Source of the DNA: Myxococcota bacterium
Lineage (GTDB): Bacteria; UBA10199; JACPAL01; GCA-016699445
DNA: 64,000 nucleotides
Assembly: GCA_052033505.1 (NCBI GenBank)
Contig: JBPOJN010000042.1
Location: 12,301 to 76,300 of the forward strand
Direction of reading: 5' to 3'
In this document: positions 39,581 to 49,262 of the stretch, in pieces
Numbering within the stretch: the first letter of the stretch is position 1
Layout of the letters: each line of letters begins with the position of its first letter
Translations under genes and position numbers: made by a program
Notes under the pieces: model-generated
Database searches by the model: none
Told to the model about the DNA's origin: nothing
What the model saw: only the letters and a program-made list of their open reading frames with translations

Positions 39581-40176
39581 TGTTCCCCCTTGGGTTTTAT
39601 TTGTTGATCGAGTTTAGCGAGCAGAGCGTCGAAGCCTTGCGTCCTCAGGATGTGGTTGAATTGTCCGCGGTAGTTTCTCGATAAAAGCGCGCCGGCCACT
39701 TCGACGTCGTTTATCTTCCAGGCGTCGGCGTTTCTGACGAAGAACACGCGGAAACCGACATGTTTATCGGCTTTGGCGCCGCGGAATTTAAGTTCCGCCC
39801 GGTCGCTGGTTCTCTTTTGGGATTCGAGGGTCAGAGAAACATCACCACGAGGGATGCGGGAGAGTTTGTGGACTAAGCTGTTCAAAAAAACGGTCTCGAA
39901 GCGGCCGCTGAAGGCTTTTTTCTGCTCGGGAGTCCATTGCGGCCAATAGTCTTGAAGGGCCGACTGGTAGAAGCTTTCGAAGTCGTAGTGAGCGCGTAAT
40001 GAATTTTTGACGGATTCTTCCCGGTGGGAGGGATCGAGTTCTTGAGAGAGAGTTTTTGTTTCCGTCCAAAGACCGGAAATGATTTCCATGGGTTTTGTTT
40101 CGGCATGGACCGGACCCGAGAGGAGTATTCCGAAAAAGAGCCTGGCTATAAGGATAGTGAAAGCCTTTATTTTCAT
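39577..40176 (-). CDS. MlaC/Ttg2D-like periplasmic phospholipid-binding protein
   Basis: Signal peptide. 'HYDFESFYQSALQDYWPQWTPEQKKAFSGRFETVFLNSLVHKL' and 'WKINDVEVAGALLSRNYRGQFNHIL' follow the Tgt2/MlaC pattern. Confidence 0.6.
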   Translation of the reverse strand: MKIKAFTILIARLFFGILLSGPVHAETKPMEIISGLWTETKTLSQELDPSHREESVKNSLRAHYDFESFYQSALQDYWPQWTPEQKKAFSGRFETVFLNSLVHKLSRIPRGDVSLTLESQKRTSDRAELKFRGAKADKHVGFRVFFVRNADAWKINDVEVAGALLSRNYRGQFNHILRTQGFDALLAKLDQQIKPKGEQ

Positions 40177-40403
40177 AAGCCCCGTTTTCCGAAGATGCGA
40201 TTCTTGGTTTATCGAATTACAATTAATAAAGTTGTTAAATAATCACTGCCAAATAAAATTCGCATCCGAAACGTCGTTTTCAGGGAGAAAGGTGAGCAAG
40301 GAAGAGGCCAAGAGGAAGATCGGGGGTGAGAGTTGAAAAGGTTGAGGATTTTTTAAAAAAGAGGGCGGAAAGTTTGTAAAGTTTACAAGAGAGGTTCGGA
40401 AAT

Positions 40404-41309
40404 TTACATCGCCGCGCACCACTGCTTCATCTGCTCGTAAACCCGTAGGCTTTTTTGGAGGCGGTAGTGGGAGATGCCCAAAAGGATGCGGCAGTGTTCT
40501 TTTCGGAAGGGGATTGCGCTGGAAGGGAAATAGCCTTGGCCGGTGCCGCTGGCGGTCGGGACGAGGCCGTCGCCGAGGAGGGAGCCTATCTTCGAGCCGG
40601 GAACTTTCGAAAGGGTGCCACAGATCAGGTAGTGGCCGGCGGTCTCTAGCAGAGGCGTCCGGTTTCGGTGGCGGTAGAAGAGGTCGTTTGCGTTCTTACG
40701 TCGCCAATCTTCGTCGGTGACATAGCCGTGCCTTAAGTCCTTCACGCCCGCGCTGCGAAGTTCGCCTAAGGTCGAGATGAGTCTCGTGACGGGGGTGGGG
40801 ATGGTGTTTAAAACCGTCGTCGTGAGTTTGCCCAATTTTTCCCAATGCGTGCCTAAATGCGGAGAGCCCAGGTAAAAAACCTTACTCACGAGCCGGATCC
40901 ATTTCCGGTTTTCTTTTTGTCCGTAATGACAGGCGCTGCGAAACAGCAATCCGCCCATGCTGTGGCCGACTAAGACGACTTCCCGGATTTTAGTCGGAGA
41001 CGATGCGATTAATTTTTCCAATAAGGCCGAGAGGCGCTTGCCGTTGGTGGAAATGTGAAGGCCGGAGTTGTAGCGCAAGTAAAGCGGGGCGAATCCGAAA
41101 TCCCGTTCTAGTAGCGAGCCATAGTCGGTTTTTTCGCCGGACGCCTCATCGAAGAAGGTCCATCCCATTTCGGAACCGCAGCTGCCGTGGGCCAGGATGC
41201 AGATTTTGCCGCTCGCTGAGATTTTTGAAGAGCTTAACTTCGGATGCAGCTCCATCTTTACGGCGATCCGGCTTCGTCCAAAATGATCGCCGAAGACGCC
41301 ATTAGCCAC
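40404..41309 (-). CDS. alpha/beta hydrolase (lipase/esterase, PGAP1/DUF676-like)
   Basis: Nucleophile elbow 'LVGHSMGGLL', with 'ICILAHGSCGS' as a possible oxyanion region. Confidence 0.6.
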   Translation of the reverse strand: MANGVFGDHFGRSRIAVKMELHPKLSSSKISASGKICILAHGSCGSEMGWTFFDEASGEKTDYGSLLERDFGFAPLYLRYNSGLHISTNGKRLSALLEKLIASSPTKIREVVLVGHSMGGLLFRSACHYGQKENRKWIRLVSKVFYLGSPHLGTHWEKLGKLTTTVLNTIPTPVTRLISTLGELRSAGVKDLRHGYVTDEDWRRKNANDLFYRHRNRTPLLETAGHYLICGTLSKVPGSKIGSLLGDGLVPTASGTGQGYFPSSAIPFRKEHCRILLGISHYRLQKSLRVYEQMKQWCAAM

Positions 41310-41384
41310 GCAACGCAGGCGCGTCGCATGGTGGCCTAATACCTCTAGAGTTTTTTTGATTTTAGAGATGTTTTTACGTTTTCC

Positions 41385-41921
41385 TTATTTTTTCCCGACG
41401 CGCGTATATCTCATCGTCATAGGTTCGGACTTTTCCTTGCCGTCACCGCTGCAGCTGGATTCGAACGTGTTTTTGTCGATGAAGTGAATCTTCGTGCTGC
41501 CCATGCTCGGGTCTTTCTTGGACTTGAGTCCGTCGACTTTGGCGACGTTCATCGTGAGGCTGTCTTCCGTGCTGCTCGCGAGCTTCAATGTGGGGCGGTT
41601 GCGCATGATGCAATAATGCGTCATCGCGAGCTTGCCGTTGTCGTCGTAATAAACGGAAATCATTTCATTCGGCGTTCCGGGAAAAATACGCTCCAGCACC
41701 GCGCTGCCGCCGGCCGTGACTTCGTATTCGGTGTACACTTTTTCGTTGGGCTTCCCGAACATGGAGGTCGTCGAGGTCCAGCGGCCTTCGAGGGCTTTGA
41801 TGCGTTGCAACTCGGGAGAACTCGTATCCGCCGGAATGGCGTGTTCGCCGGCATGGGCGACGGAAGAAAGGCTGAGAGCCACGGGGCAAACAGCAAGGAA
41901 TGTTTTGAATGTATTTTTCAT
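41385..41921 (-). CDS. secreted beta-barrel protein (DUF1579-like?), hypothetical
   Basis: Signal peptide. 'LEGRWTSTTSMFG...EYEVTAGGSAVLERIF' loosely resembles DUF1579/lipocalin-like families. Confidence 0.35.
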   Translation of the reverse strand: MKNTFKTFLAVCPVALSLSSVAHAGEHAIPADTSSPELQRIKALEGRWTSTTSMFGKPNEKVYTEYEVTAGGSAVLERIFPGTPNEMISVYYDDNGKLAMTHYCIMRNRPTLKLASSTEDSLTMNVAKVDGLKSKKDPSMGSTKIHFIDKNTFESSCSGDGKEKSEPMTMRYTRVGKK

Positions 41922-42028
41922 AAAGCAGGTTCAAGTTTGAGGGAATCCGTCTATCTCATGTGAGTAGAAGATTCAAACGAAACAAAGATCTACCCTGCCG
42001 GACTTTTTGCCATTAAAGTCCGTCGCTC

Positions 42029-42931
42029 ATGCCCGTCCGCTTCGCCCCTAGTCCGACCGGTTCTTTTCACGTGGGTAACCTGCGCACCGCTTGGATCTCT
42101 CGGCGATGGGCGTCTTTCTTAAAACTTCCTTGGGTTGTCCGCTTCGAAGATATCGATGTGCCGCGCGTGGTGCGGGGGGCGCGTGAAAGGCAATTGGCTG
42201 ACATGAAATCATTGGGTCTAGTGCCGGATCAAATCGTGCTCCAGAGCGAGCGGCGGGGAAGGCATTGGCAAGTTTTTCAAGATTTCCAGAAAGCGGGACT
42301 GATCTATCCGTGTTATTGCTCCCGCAAAATGGTGCGCCAGGCCGTCGAGGATTCCGCCTCGGCCCCGCATCAAGAACCTCCCGCCTACAGCGGCCGTTGC
42401 CGTCATATGGCCGATCAAAATTTTAATACGGATTTTCCGAGTTTAGCTTGGCGATTAAAAATGCCGGATGAAAGCGGTGCCGAAGATGCGGTCATCGCGC
42501 GCACGTCTCCGGTTTGGGAGCAAGTGGAGACTCCGGACGCGGCTTCGTTTGTTCCCGCTTATCATTGGGCTTGTGCGATCGACGATCAGGACGGCGGTTA
42601 TGAGTTATTGGTGAGGGCTTGGGATCTGGAAGGAGTGACGTCGCTCCAGAGAACGATCCAATCCCATTTATGCCGTCTTGAAGGAAAAATCTTTGAGCCG
42701 GCCGCCATTTTTCATTGTGCCTTGGTCGTCCGGAACGACGGTCAACGTCTCGAAAAGCGCACGAAGGGTGTGACGTTGCCAGAGCTGTTGGATGCGGGAG
42801 AGGCGGCGGCATCGCTGACGGCGAAATTCGAGACTTCATTCTCGCATGCTTTTCAATGTCTTCCCCCTGGGCTCGTGTTTGGGGAAGAGCGCAAAAAGAT
42901 GACGCTTGGAGAGCTTGGTCTGAAAGAATAG
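42029..42931 (+). CDS. gluQ: tRNA glutamyl-Q(34) synthetase
   Basis: 'RFAPSPTGSFHVGNLRTA', 'VVRFEDIDVPR' and 'YPCYCSRK' in a 300-aa truncated GluRS-like protein with no anticodon-binding domain. Confidence 0.85.
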   Translation: MPVRFAPSPTGSFHVGNLRTAWISRRWASFLKLPWVVRFEDIDVPRVVRGARERQLADMKSLGLVPDQIVLQSERRGRHWQVFQDFQKAGLIYPCYCSRKMVRQAVEDSASAPHQEPPAYSGRCRHMADQNFNTDFPSLAWRLKMPDESGAEDAVIARTSPVWEQVETPDAASFVPAYHWACAIDDQDGGYELLVRAWDLEGVTSLQRTIQSHLCRLEGKIFEPAAIFHCALVVRNDGQRLEKRTKGVTLPELLDAGEAAASLTAKFETSFSHAFQCLPPGLVFGEERKKMTLGELGLKE

Positions 42932-42989
42932 ATCCTGACTTCAAGTCAATTTCGTTGATGAATCCGAAAAACTACTGTCTTTTGGGTTT

Positions 42990-44066
42990 ATGAAAAATTT
43001 CTCTCCACTTTTCCAGCCGCTTCGCTTGGGCGACCTTCAACTCAAAAACCGTATGATCATGTCGCCGCTGACGCGTAGCCGTGCCACTGGGACTGAGGGG
43101 CGCGTGCCGAACGCGCTCATGGCCGAGTATTACCGGCAGCGCGCTTCGGCCGGGCTCATCATCACCGAAGCCACGATCGTCAGTCCCATGGGCGCGGGCT
43201 ATGCGAACACGCCCGGGATTTATTCCGACGAACAAACGGAAGCCTGGAAGCTCATCACCAAGACGGTGCACGACGCCGGCGGTTTGATTTTCCTGCAGCT
43301 CTGGCACGTGGGGCGGATTTCAGATCCTGCTTTTTTAAACGGTGAAACGCCCGTCGCGCCGAGCGCGATCCAACCCAAAGGACACGTGAGTTTACTGCGT
43401 CCCGAAAAACCTTACGTCACGCCGCGGGCTTTGGAATTGAATGAGATTCCCGAAATCGTCGAACAGTTCCGCAAAGGCGCGGAGAACGCGAAGAAGGCCG
43501 GATTCGACGGCGTGGAGATCCATGGGGCAAACGGTTATTTGCTCGATCAATTCTTGCAGGACGGTTCGAATAAAAGAACGGATCGTTACGGCGGATCTTT
43601 GGAAAACCGCGCACGCCTGATGCTCGAAGTCGCCGATGCGGTGATTTCCGTTTGGGGGCCGGGCCGCGTCGGGATGCATCTCGCGCCGCGCAGCGACGCT
43701 CACGACATGTCCGACAGTCATCCGCGCGAGACGTTCGGGTATGTCGCGGAAGAATTGGGCAAACGGAAAATCGCTTTTCTCTGCGCCCGCGCCTCGCAAC
43801 AAGACGATCATTTAGGGGCGTACCTGAAAAAGAAATTCGGCGGGGTTTTCATCGCGAACCAGGAACTGAACCAGACCACGGCGGAAAAACTCATCGTGGA
43901 AAACGAAGCCGACGCGGTGGCGTTCGGCCGCCTCTTTCTTGCAAACCCGGATTTGCCGAAACGTTTTGAATTGAAAACGGAATTGAATACGCCCGACCCG
44001 ACGACCTTCTACGCGCCGGGACCGAAAGGCTATGCGGATTATCCTTTTTTGGGTGCCTCGCTCTAG
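42990..44066 (+). CDS. NADH:flavin oxidoreductase, Old Yellow Enzyme family (NemA-like)
   Basis: 'LKNRMIMSPLTRSRA', 'MAEYYRQRASAGLIITEAT', 'HGANGYLLDQFLQDGSNKRTDRYGGSLENR'. Confidence 0.9.
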   Translation: MKNFSPLFQPLRLGDLQLKNRMIMSPLTRSRATGTEGRVPNALMAEYYRQRASAGLIITEATIVSPMGAGYANTPGIYSDEQTEAWKLITKTVHDAGGLIFLQLWHVGRISDPAFLNGETPVAPSAIQPKGHVSLLRPEKPYVTPRALELNEIPEIVEQFRKGAENAKKAGFDGVEIHGANGYLLDQFLQDGSNKRTDRYGGSLENRARLMLEVADAVISVWGPGRVGMHLAPRSDAHDMSDSHPRETFGYVAEELGKRKIAFLCARASQQDDHLGAYLKKKFGGVFIANQELNQTTAEKLIVENEADAVAFGRLFLANPDLPKRFELKTELNTPDPTTFYAPGPKGYADYPFLGASL

Positions 44067-44085
44067 TTGTTCCCGTCGCCGAGGT

Positions 44086-44916
44086 TCACCAGGAATCAAG
44101 GAACATAGGTGAGCGGCCAAGCGCCGCTCGTGAAGTCGGTGGCGCCGGTGCCGAGGTTAGCGCAGTCGGGGCGACTTCACGCGTTGAAACCGCCCCCATG
44201 GAAGGAGAGTTCGTATTCACCGCCGTCAGGTGGAAGGTCTTCAGGTCCGCGCCTACTTCAGCGCCTGTTCCCGTCGTATAAGGTGTCGTGTTGCTGTCGC
44301 TGTCGACCTGGCAAAAGAAATCCATCAGGTTGTTGTCGAGGATCGTCTCGCTAAAAACAAAAGGTGTGTCGGTCAAGTCGGCATTGGCTAAGGCGGGAGT
44401 CCCGGCATTGAAGAGTGCCACCTGAACCTCCGCCCATCCGGCGGGGATGGCGTCCAGACCTTCCGGAAGCGTGGGCGTAAAATCGTCGAATCCATTGGTG
44501 GCAAAAGTCGTGTCCAGAGGATTGATTTCCAGCTGGATCGGATCGATGCGGTAGCGGCGGTACGTGGTTTCCGCCATCGCATCTTCATTACGGATTTGAG
44601 AATAATTATCGGCTTCGTTGATGCTTAAGTACTCGGCGGGTTCGGATTGGTTCATGTTGTGACAGTAAACGTCCCAAGGTTGGCTTTCGTCGCCGTCAAT
44701 ATAGAGGGTGTAAGTTCCGTTCGCGGGCCTGTCTCCCGTCTCATCGACGGCGGCTTCCTGGACTTCCAAACAGGTTTGCGGAAAAGTCGAAATAACGTCC
44801 GTCGGCGCCGCACCCGCGCAGCCGGTAATGCCGACAAGCCCAAGAGAACCGGTGATCAGAGAGAAAGCCGGCATCGCTAACATCACCAAAATAAAACCCA
44901 TCCGACGTGTTGTCAT
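44086..44916 (-). CDS. lipoprotein, possible GON-like domain
   Basis: Lipobox 'GITGCAG'. 'NGTYTLYIDGDESQPWDVYCHNMNQSEPAEYLSI' resembles the GON/fibrinogen-like 'SGxYxL..xVYCxM..xxYLxL' core. The call is weak. Confidence 0.4.
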   Translation of the reverse strand: MTTRRMGFILVMLAMPAFSLITGSLGLVGITGCAGAAPTDVISTFPQTCLEVQEAAVDETGDRPANGTYTLYIDGDESQPWDVYCHNMNQSEPAEYLSINEADNYSQIRNEDAMAETTYRRYRIDPIQLEINPLDTTFATNGFDDFTPTLPEGLDAIPAGWAEVQVALFNAGTPALANADLTDTPFVFSETILDNNLMDFFCQVDSDSNTTPYTTGTGAEVGADLKTFHLTAVNTNSPSMGAVSTREVAPTALTSAPAPPTSRAALGRSPMFLDSW

Positions 44917-45070
44917 GAGTCCCCCAAAAATTTGATTTTGAATATCTTAGCAGAAGTGAGCGAAAGGGTGCAGGGAAAAGAATATATGAGAGACGGAGGC
45001 GCATTCCGTTGCTAAAATGTTTTAAGTTGAAATCGGGATTAAAAGCGCCAGATTTAGAGGAGGATACAGA

Positions 45071-45385
45071 TTATCTTTTTTTAAGGCCCAAAGAGCCGCT
45101 TTGATGTGAGATCAGGATGAAGTCGCCAGGGCCTCTCTGGAGAAGGGCGTTTGCCGTCGTTGTAATGGCCCAGCCGTGATAAGGATCCCTGAGTTTCGCC
45201 GAATCCTCACTCCAAGACAGTTCGTCCAGAACAATTTCGATGCGGTGGTCCGCCCTGATCATGGATTCACACGCGGCTCCGCAACCCCGCCAACCTAATT
45301 GCTGCATCACGGCCCGTCCGTCCGGCGCTCTGCCCGAGGTGTTCGACCGATATTGATCGCGATGAAGATCGATGCCAGGATTCAT
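45071..45385 (-). CDS. hypothetical small protein (papain/C39-like Cys...His strings)
   Basis: 'WRGCGAACESMI' and 'DPYHGWAI' resemble the Cys and His boxes of C39-type peptidases. At 104 aa it may be a fragment. Confidence 0.25.
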   Translation of the reverse strand: MNPGIDLHRDQYRSNTSGRAPDGRAVMQQLGWRGCGAACESMIRADHRIEIVLDELSWSEDSAKLRDPYHGWAITTTANALLQRGPGDFILISHQSGSLGLKKR

Positions 45386-45467
45386 CGTTTAGGACTCACG
45401 GGGTCAACATGTCTGGCGACAGCGAGGAGCAGCTTGCCTTCCTCGAATCGCTTCTCTAGAGAACGGC

Positions 45468-46283
45468 ATGCCCAAGACTCATAAAACCAAGATACACAAA
45501 CGTCCGTTTCCGTTGACCAGTCAGGAGATCGGAAAATACGACCTCTTGAAGATCTTGCGTTTCGGCGCCTTGCCTTCCGTGTACGCGTCCAAAAGTTTCG
45601 AGCTTAAGGATCATGCGGCCTACGTGGATGCGTACCTCGAAGAGATGAAAGCCCAAGGTAGGATCAAAAATAAAGAAGAATTCCTGAAATTCCTCCGGAC
45701 CGTTTCGTTGAATAGCGGGGGATTGATCGTTTTGACCAAAGGCATGGACCGTTCCTTCGAGCTGAAGACATCTAAAGTCCTCGAATATTTCGAAATCCTG
45801 AAAGATACGCTCATGGGAGACTTCCTCGAGCCTTACTCTCCGAACCCGATCCCGAAGGGCATGATCCTGAAGAAATTTTATTTTTTTGACGTGGGGATTT
45901 CCAATTTCTTGGCGAATCGCTGGGACATCTCGCCTGGGACCGGGAGTTTCAAGTGTACTTTGGAGCAATTCGTCGTCATGGAATTGCGCGCTTATCTTTC
46001 GCGCCGTAAAGACGCCCGGCCTCTTCGTTTTTGGAGATCGGAATATGCGACCGAAGTGAAATGTCTGATCGGCGACGAAGTCGCTATTGACATCGACGGC
46101 TCCAAGGACGCGATCACCAGCCGTAATCTCGAAGGTTTCAAAAGTCTGGGCGCCGACACTCCCTTCAAGCCGAGACATCGTCTAATCGTCTCCATCGAGG
46201 AGAAGCCTAGAAAAGTTGACTTCGTCGAAGTCCTGCCCGTCGCGGAATTTTTATCGCGGCTTTGGGACGATAAATACGCTTGA
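45468..46283 (+). pseudogene. N-terminally truncated DUF4143-type ATPase (AAA domain missing)
   Basis: 'LKILRFGALPSVY' and 'KFYFFDVGISNFL' match the middle and DUF4143 parts of the AAA_14-DUF4143 family. The ~130-aa P-loop domain that normally precedes them is absent. Confidence 0.45.
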
Positions 46284-46321
46284 GAAAGATTTGGTGCCTT
46301 GCGCCGGCTTTCGCCCATGCG

Positions 46322-47584
46322 CTACGGTTCTTTCATTTTAAAAACAAATTCACGCCTCTTTTTTTGCATCTGAAGCAAACCCTTGTCGCATAAATCCGTG
46401 AGGTCGGTCCGGGCGGTTTCGTAAACGACGTGATTTATTTTTCGGTACTTTTTGATCGTCAGCGGAAAAAGTCCTTGGCGGAAATGAAGCTTAAACATTT
46501 TTTCCTGCCTGGGATTTAATTCCGTCCCCGAAGCCGTCAGTTTCGCCAGCCAGTCCGAGAGCGTTTCTTCCGTCTTTTTCTGAATTTCCACGGTCGTGAT
46601 CGCTTCCAGGATCATTTGAGCGGAGTAGAGGGCGAAATACGTCATGTCGGAGTCGCATTTTTCGACGTTCAGGATCGCTTGATAATACCCTTTTCTCTTG
46701 GCCGCGATCGCCTTAGAGACAGAAAAGTATTTCATGAAGTCGTACCCGTGTTTCAGCAGGTAATGATACATCAAGGCCCGCGCCGTCCGTCCGTTCCCGT
46801 CGAAAAAAGGATGAACGTAAACCGTATAAAAATGCAGGATCGAGGCTTTGGTGACCGGATGGACGAAAAAAGAATCGATCCCCTCTAACTTATCCAGCTC
46901 CACCCACGTAAAGAGTTTCTGCATCATCCCGCGGATCCGATTGGCCTCCGGAGGCGTGTAGTCGATGGTTTGGTTGGCTTCATCCACGACCAAAATTTGA
47001 CCGTCCCGATACTTACCCGAATAAGGTTCATCTTCCGGATCCAGCGTTTCTTCCGTCGCGATTCGGTGCACGTCGCAGACAAAAGCTTCATCCAGTTTCC
47101 GGTCGAGATTTTTCAGGATGAAATCCATCGTCCGGAAATTATTGAGGCACATCCGTTCGCTGCGGTCTTGCGGGCTCACCTGTTTGCGGATCAACTCTTC
47201 GGCTTTTTTCCGCGTCGTTTTTGCACCCTCGATCCAGGAGGAATAAAAAGCCTCATCGATCAAACTTTGCGTGAGGAGTTCCCCGAGTAGAGAAGCTTGC
47301 TTGGTTTCTTTCCAAAGAGATCTTTGGATATCGATCTCATGTAGCATCTTCTCCAGACGCGGAGTTTTCCAATACCCAAACGGCTGGTTTTGCTGATCCG
47401 TCAAAGGATACAAAGGCTCAGATTTGTGTTTGCGGATGCTTGAGATCAACTCTAGTAGTTTATCTTCTTTCAATCCTTCTGGGATTCGATGTGAGATTTC
47501 TTCTGGAGAAAAATAGCGGCTGTTGGCTAGGTCGATAAACAGAAACCTTTGAATTTCCTTATCTTTATTGGTTTCCTCAGGCAT
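46322..47584 (-). CDS. Fic family protein (class II, N-terminal inhibitory motif)
   Basis: The Fic motif 'HPFFDGNGRTARAL' is present. 'SSWIEG' fits the (S/T)xxxE(G/N) autoinhibition helix upstream. The C-terminal part is winged-helix-like. Confidence 0.85.
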   Translation of the reverse strand: MPEETNKDKEIQRFLFIDLANSRYFSPEEISHRIPEGLKEDKLLELISSIRKHKSEPLYPLTDQQNQPFGYWKTPRLEKMLHEIDIQRSLWKETKQASLLGELLTQSLIDEAFYSSWIEGAKTTRKKAEELIRKQVSPQDRSERMCLNNFRTMDFILKNLDRKLDEAFVCDVHRIATEETLDPEDEPYSGKYRDGQILVVDEANQTIDYTPPEANRIRGMMQKLFTWVELDKLEGIDSFFVHPVTKASILHFYTVYVHPFFDGNGRTARALMYHYLLKHGYDFMKYFSVSKAIAAKRKGYYQAILNVEKCDSDMTYFALYSAQMILEAITTVEIQKKTEETLSDWLAKLTASGTELNPRQEKMFKLHFRQGLFPLTIKKYRKINHVVYETARTDLTDLCDKGLLQMQKKRREFVFKMKEP

Positions 47585-47857
47585 GTTTGTTCCTGTTTTA
47601 TTACTATCTAGTGCTAATTATGTACTAATTAAATACTAATGTCTACTGTTCCATCGTTGTTTGGGAAGGGAAAGAAGGCTCGTCCGGTGAACTCTGTGGC
47701 GCCGGTTCACAGCAATCTTCAGCAGTCTTCTTTTTATTTTAATGTGGCTTCGATGTGTGTCTGACGCTTACGTACTGATGGTGTCAGGCGCGCTGTCATT
47801 TAATTATAGATTAAAGCTCAAACGGGGATGACAACTTGAAACTTGTCATTATTAATC

Positions 47858-48259
47858 ATGTATGATATAAGGGAGCATAGTGCAGGCCTATGGATCTTGG
47901 AAGAAGAAGGCCAGAACGTTTTGCTGAAGGATTGTTTGAAATTCAGTCTCAGCAAGGTTGAGAGAGTGCGGTTATTTCAGATCCTGCGCGAAGTGGTTGC
48001 GGAAATCCAAATCGGGGGCGCGATTGATGATTTTATCTCCGCCGGAGAATTGAAGCGCTTGGAACGACAGAAAGAGACGGAAGGTTTGGACGTTTGGGAA
48101 GTGAGAGACCCTGGCCGGGGAGGACGGATCGTTTTTATAAGGGAAGATCCGAACTCCATAGTCGTTGCAGCCGTAGATAAAAGACAGTTTTCTCATAGTC
48201 AGGCCATATTGAGAGGAGTTAAACGATGGAAAAGTTACCTAAAAGAGCGCGCAAAATAA
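47858..48259 (+). CDS. RelE/HigB/Gp49-like toxin
   Basis: 'GLDVWEVRDPGRGGRIVFIREDPNSIVVAAVDKRQ' follows the Gp49/HigB 'ElR...yRilf....ivll..f.K' pattern. It overlaps the downstream HTH gene. Confidence 0.5.
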   Translation: MYDIREHSAGLWILEEEGQNVLLKDCLKFSLSKVERVRLFQILREVVAEIQIGGAIDDFISAGELKRLERQKETEGLDVWEVRDPGRGGRIVFIREDPNSIVVAAVDKRQFSHSQAILRGVKRWKSYLKERAK

Positions 48260-48552
48260 GCACCGCCGAGGCTTTGGGACTGGATCCTCGAAACCCTTCT
48301 GATCGTTTTTATATTCGTTATGAGAGCTTGCTGCTCGACTTGCGAAAAATCATGCGAAAGCGCGGCATCAGCGGGAATCAGCTGGCAAAACTCATGGGAG
48401 TCAGCCGGCAGGCGATCTATGATCGGTTTGCCGGAAAGAACACGACTTTGGAATGGATCAGCCGGGTTTCCGAGATTCTAGGGCTACAACTCAAAGTTAA
48501 GATCGTTCAGCCTACTCATTCTTACGAAGAGGATCGTAGAAAAGTAGCCTAA
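48226..48552 (+). CDS. XRE-family HTH antitoxin-like protein
   Basis: 'ISGNQLAKLMGVSRQAIYDRFAGKNTTLEWISRVSEILG' is a Cro/C1-type HTH. Confidence 0.6.
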   Translation: MEKLPKRARKISTAEALGLDPRNPSDRFYIRYESLLLDLRKIMRKRGISGNQLAKLMGVSRQAIYDRFAGKNTTLEWISRVSEILGLQLKVKIVQPTHSYEEDRRKVA

Positions 48553-48663
48553 GGACTCCCAACCTTATCAGCACCTGGAACAATTCTTTTAAATCGTAAC
48601 ATTTGGAATTCTGGAAAAGGCGATTCTCGTCGGCGCGGAAGATAGCTGCTGGTTCGCATCGAT

Positions 48664-48960
48664 TTGGGATTCGACGTCTGGGTCAATCAACGCCCCCGGT
48701 TTCGCGGCATCAACACCGCCGAGATCATTTGCAACGGCGTTCCCGCGGGGGAAGTGTCCGACCGGGCCGAGCAAGCCAAAGCGTTCGTCCAAGACAAGCT
48801 CAAAGACATCGCCTTCGTCGTGGTCAAAACCTACAAGACCGACATGTGGCCGCTACGTCTCCGATATTTTTTACCACCCGACGATTAAAAAGAAGGAGGA
48901 GGTCTACTCAAACGGGTTCTTCCTCTCCATCTGTTCCAGCAACCGCCCCAAGCTACTCTT
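48664..48960 (+). pseudogene. frameshifted thermonuclease (SNase)-like remnant
   Basis: 'RFRGINTAEI...AEQAKAFVQDKL...VVVKTYKTD' is followed, in the +1 frame, by 'CGRYVSDIFY'. Together these mimic SNase 'RLxGIDxPE...DKYGRxLAxVY'. Confidence 0.35.
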
Positions 48961-48985
48961 AGAAAGCTCGACCCTAGGTAAAAGA

Positions 48986-49255
48986 TCATGCCTTTTGGCC
49001 TTCCCAATCTGCCGGATAATAATTCAGGATAACTTCTTCAGGATTTGGCTTGTCCGGGCCTTTTTTAGAAGTCTCCAGCTCTCGAATGCGTGTCTGCCCA
49101 GGCATAAGAGCCAACGTCGCAACCACCAACATTATATAGACCAGAAAAACGATCTTGTGAGCCTCGAAACCTGAAAGCGCCAAGCCATAAACCAGCCAAC
49201 CCCCAATCCCCACGGAAATCACCGTCAAAAGAACTTTGATCCATTTCACAGGCAT
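48986..49255 (-). CDS. small 2-TM membrane protein, hypothetical
   Basis: The portion starting at 'MPVKWIKVLLTVISVGIGGWLVYGLALSGF...IVFLVYIMLVVATLAL' begins just after the stop of the upstream small ORF. Confidence 0.35.
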   Translation of the reverse strand: MPVKWIKVLLTVISVGIGGWLVYGLALSGFEAHKIVFLVYIMLVVATLALMPGQTRIRELETSKKGPDKPNPEEVILNYYPADWEGQKA

Positions 49256-49262
49256 CTTTCCC

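Noticed and set aside
47690-47800. Short stems ('GGTGAAC...GTTCAC', 'CTGAC...GTCAG') upstream of the HigB-like gene as a tRNA or attachment site.
   Set aside because: No cloverleaf and no T-loop (GTTCRANNC) or acceptor pairing. These are probably promoter or operator sequence.
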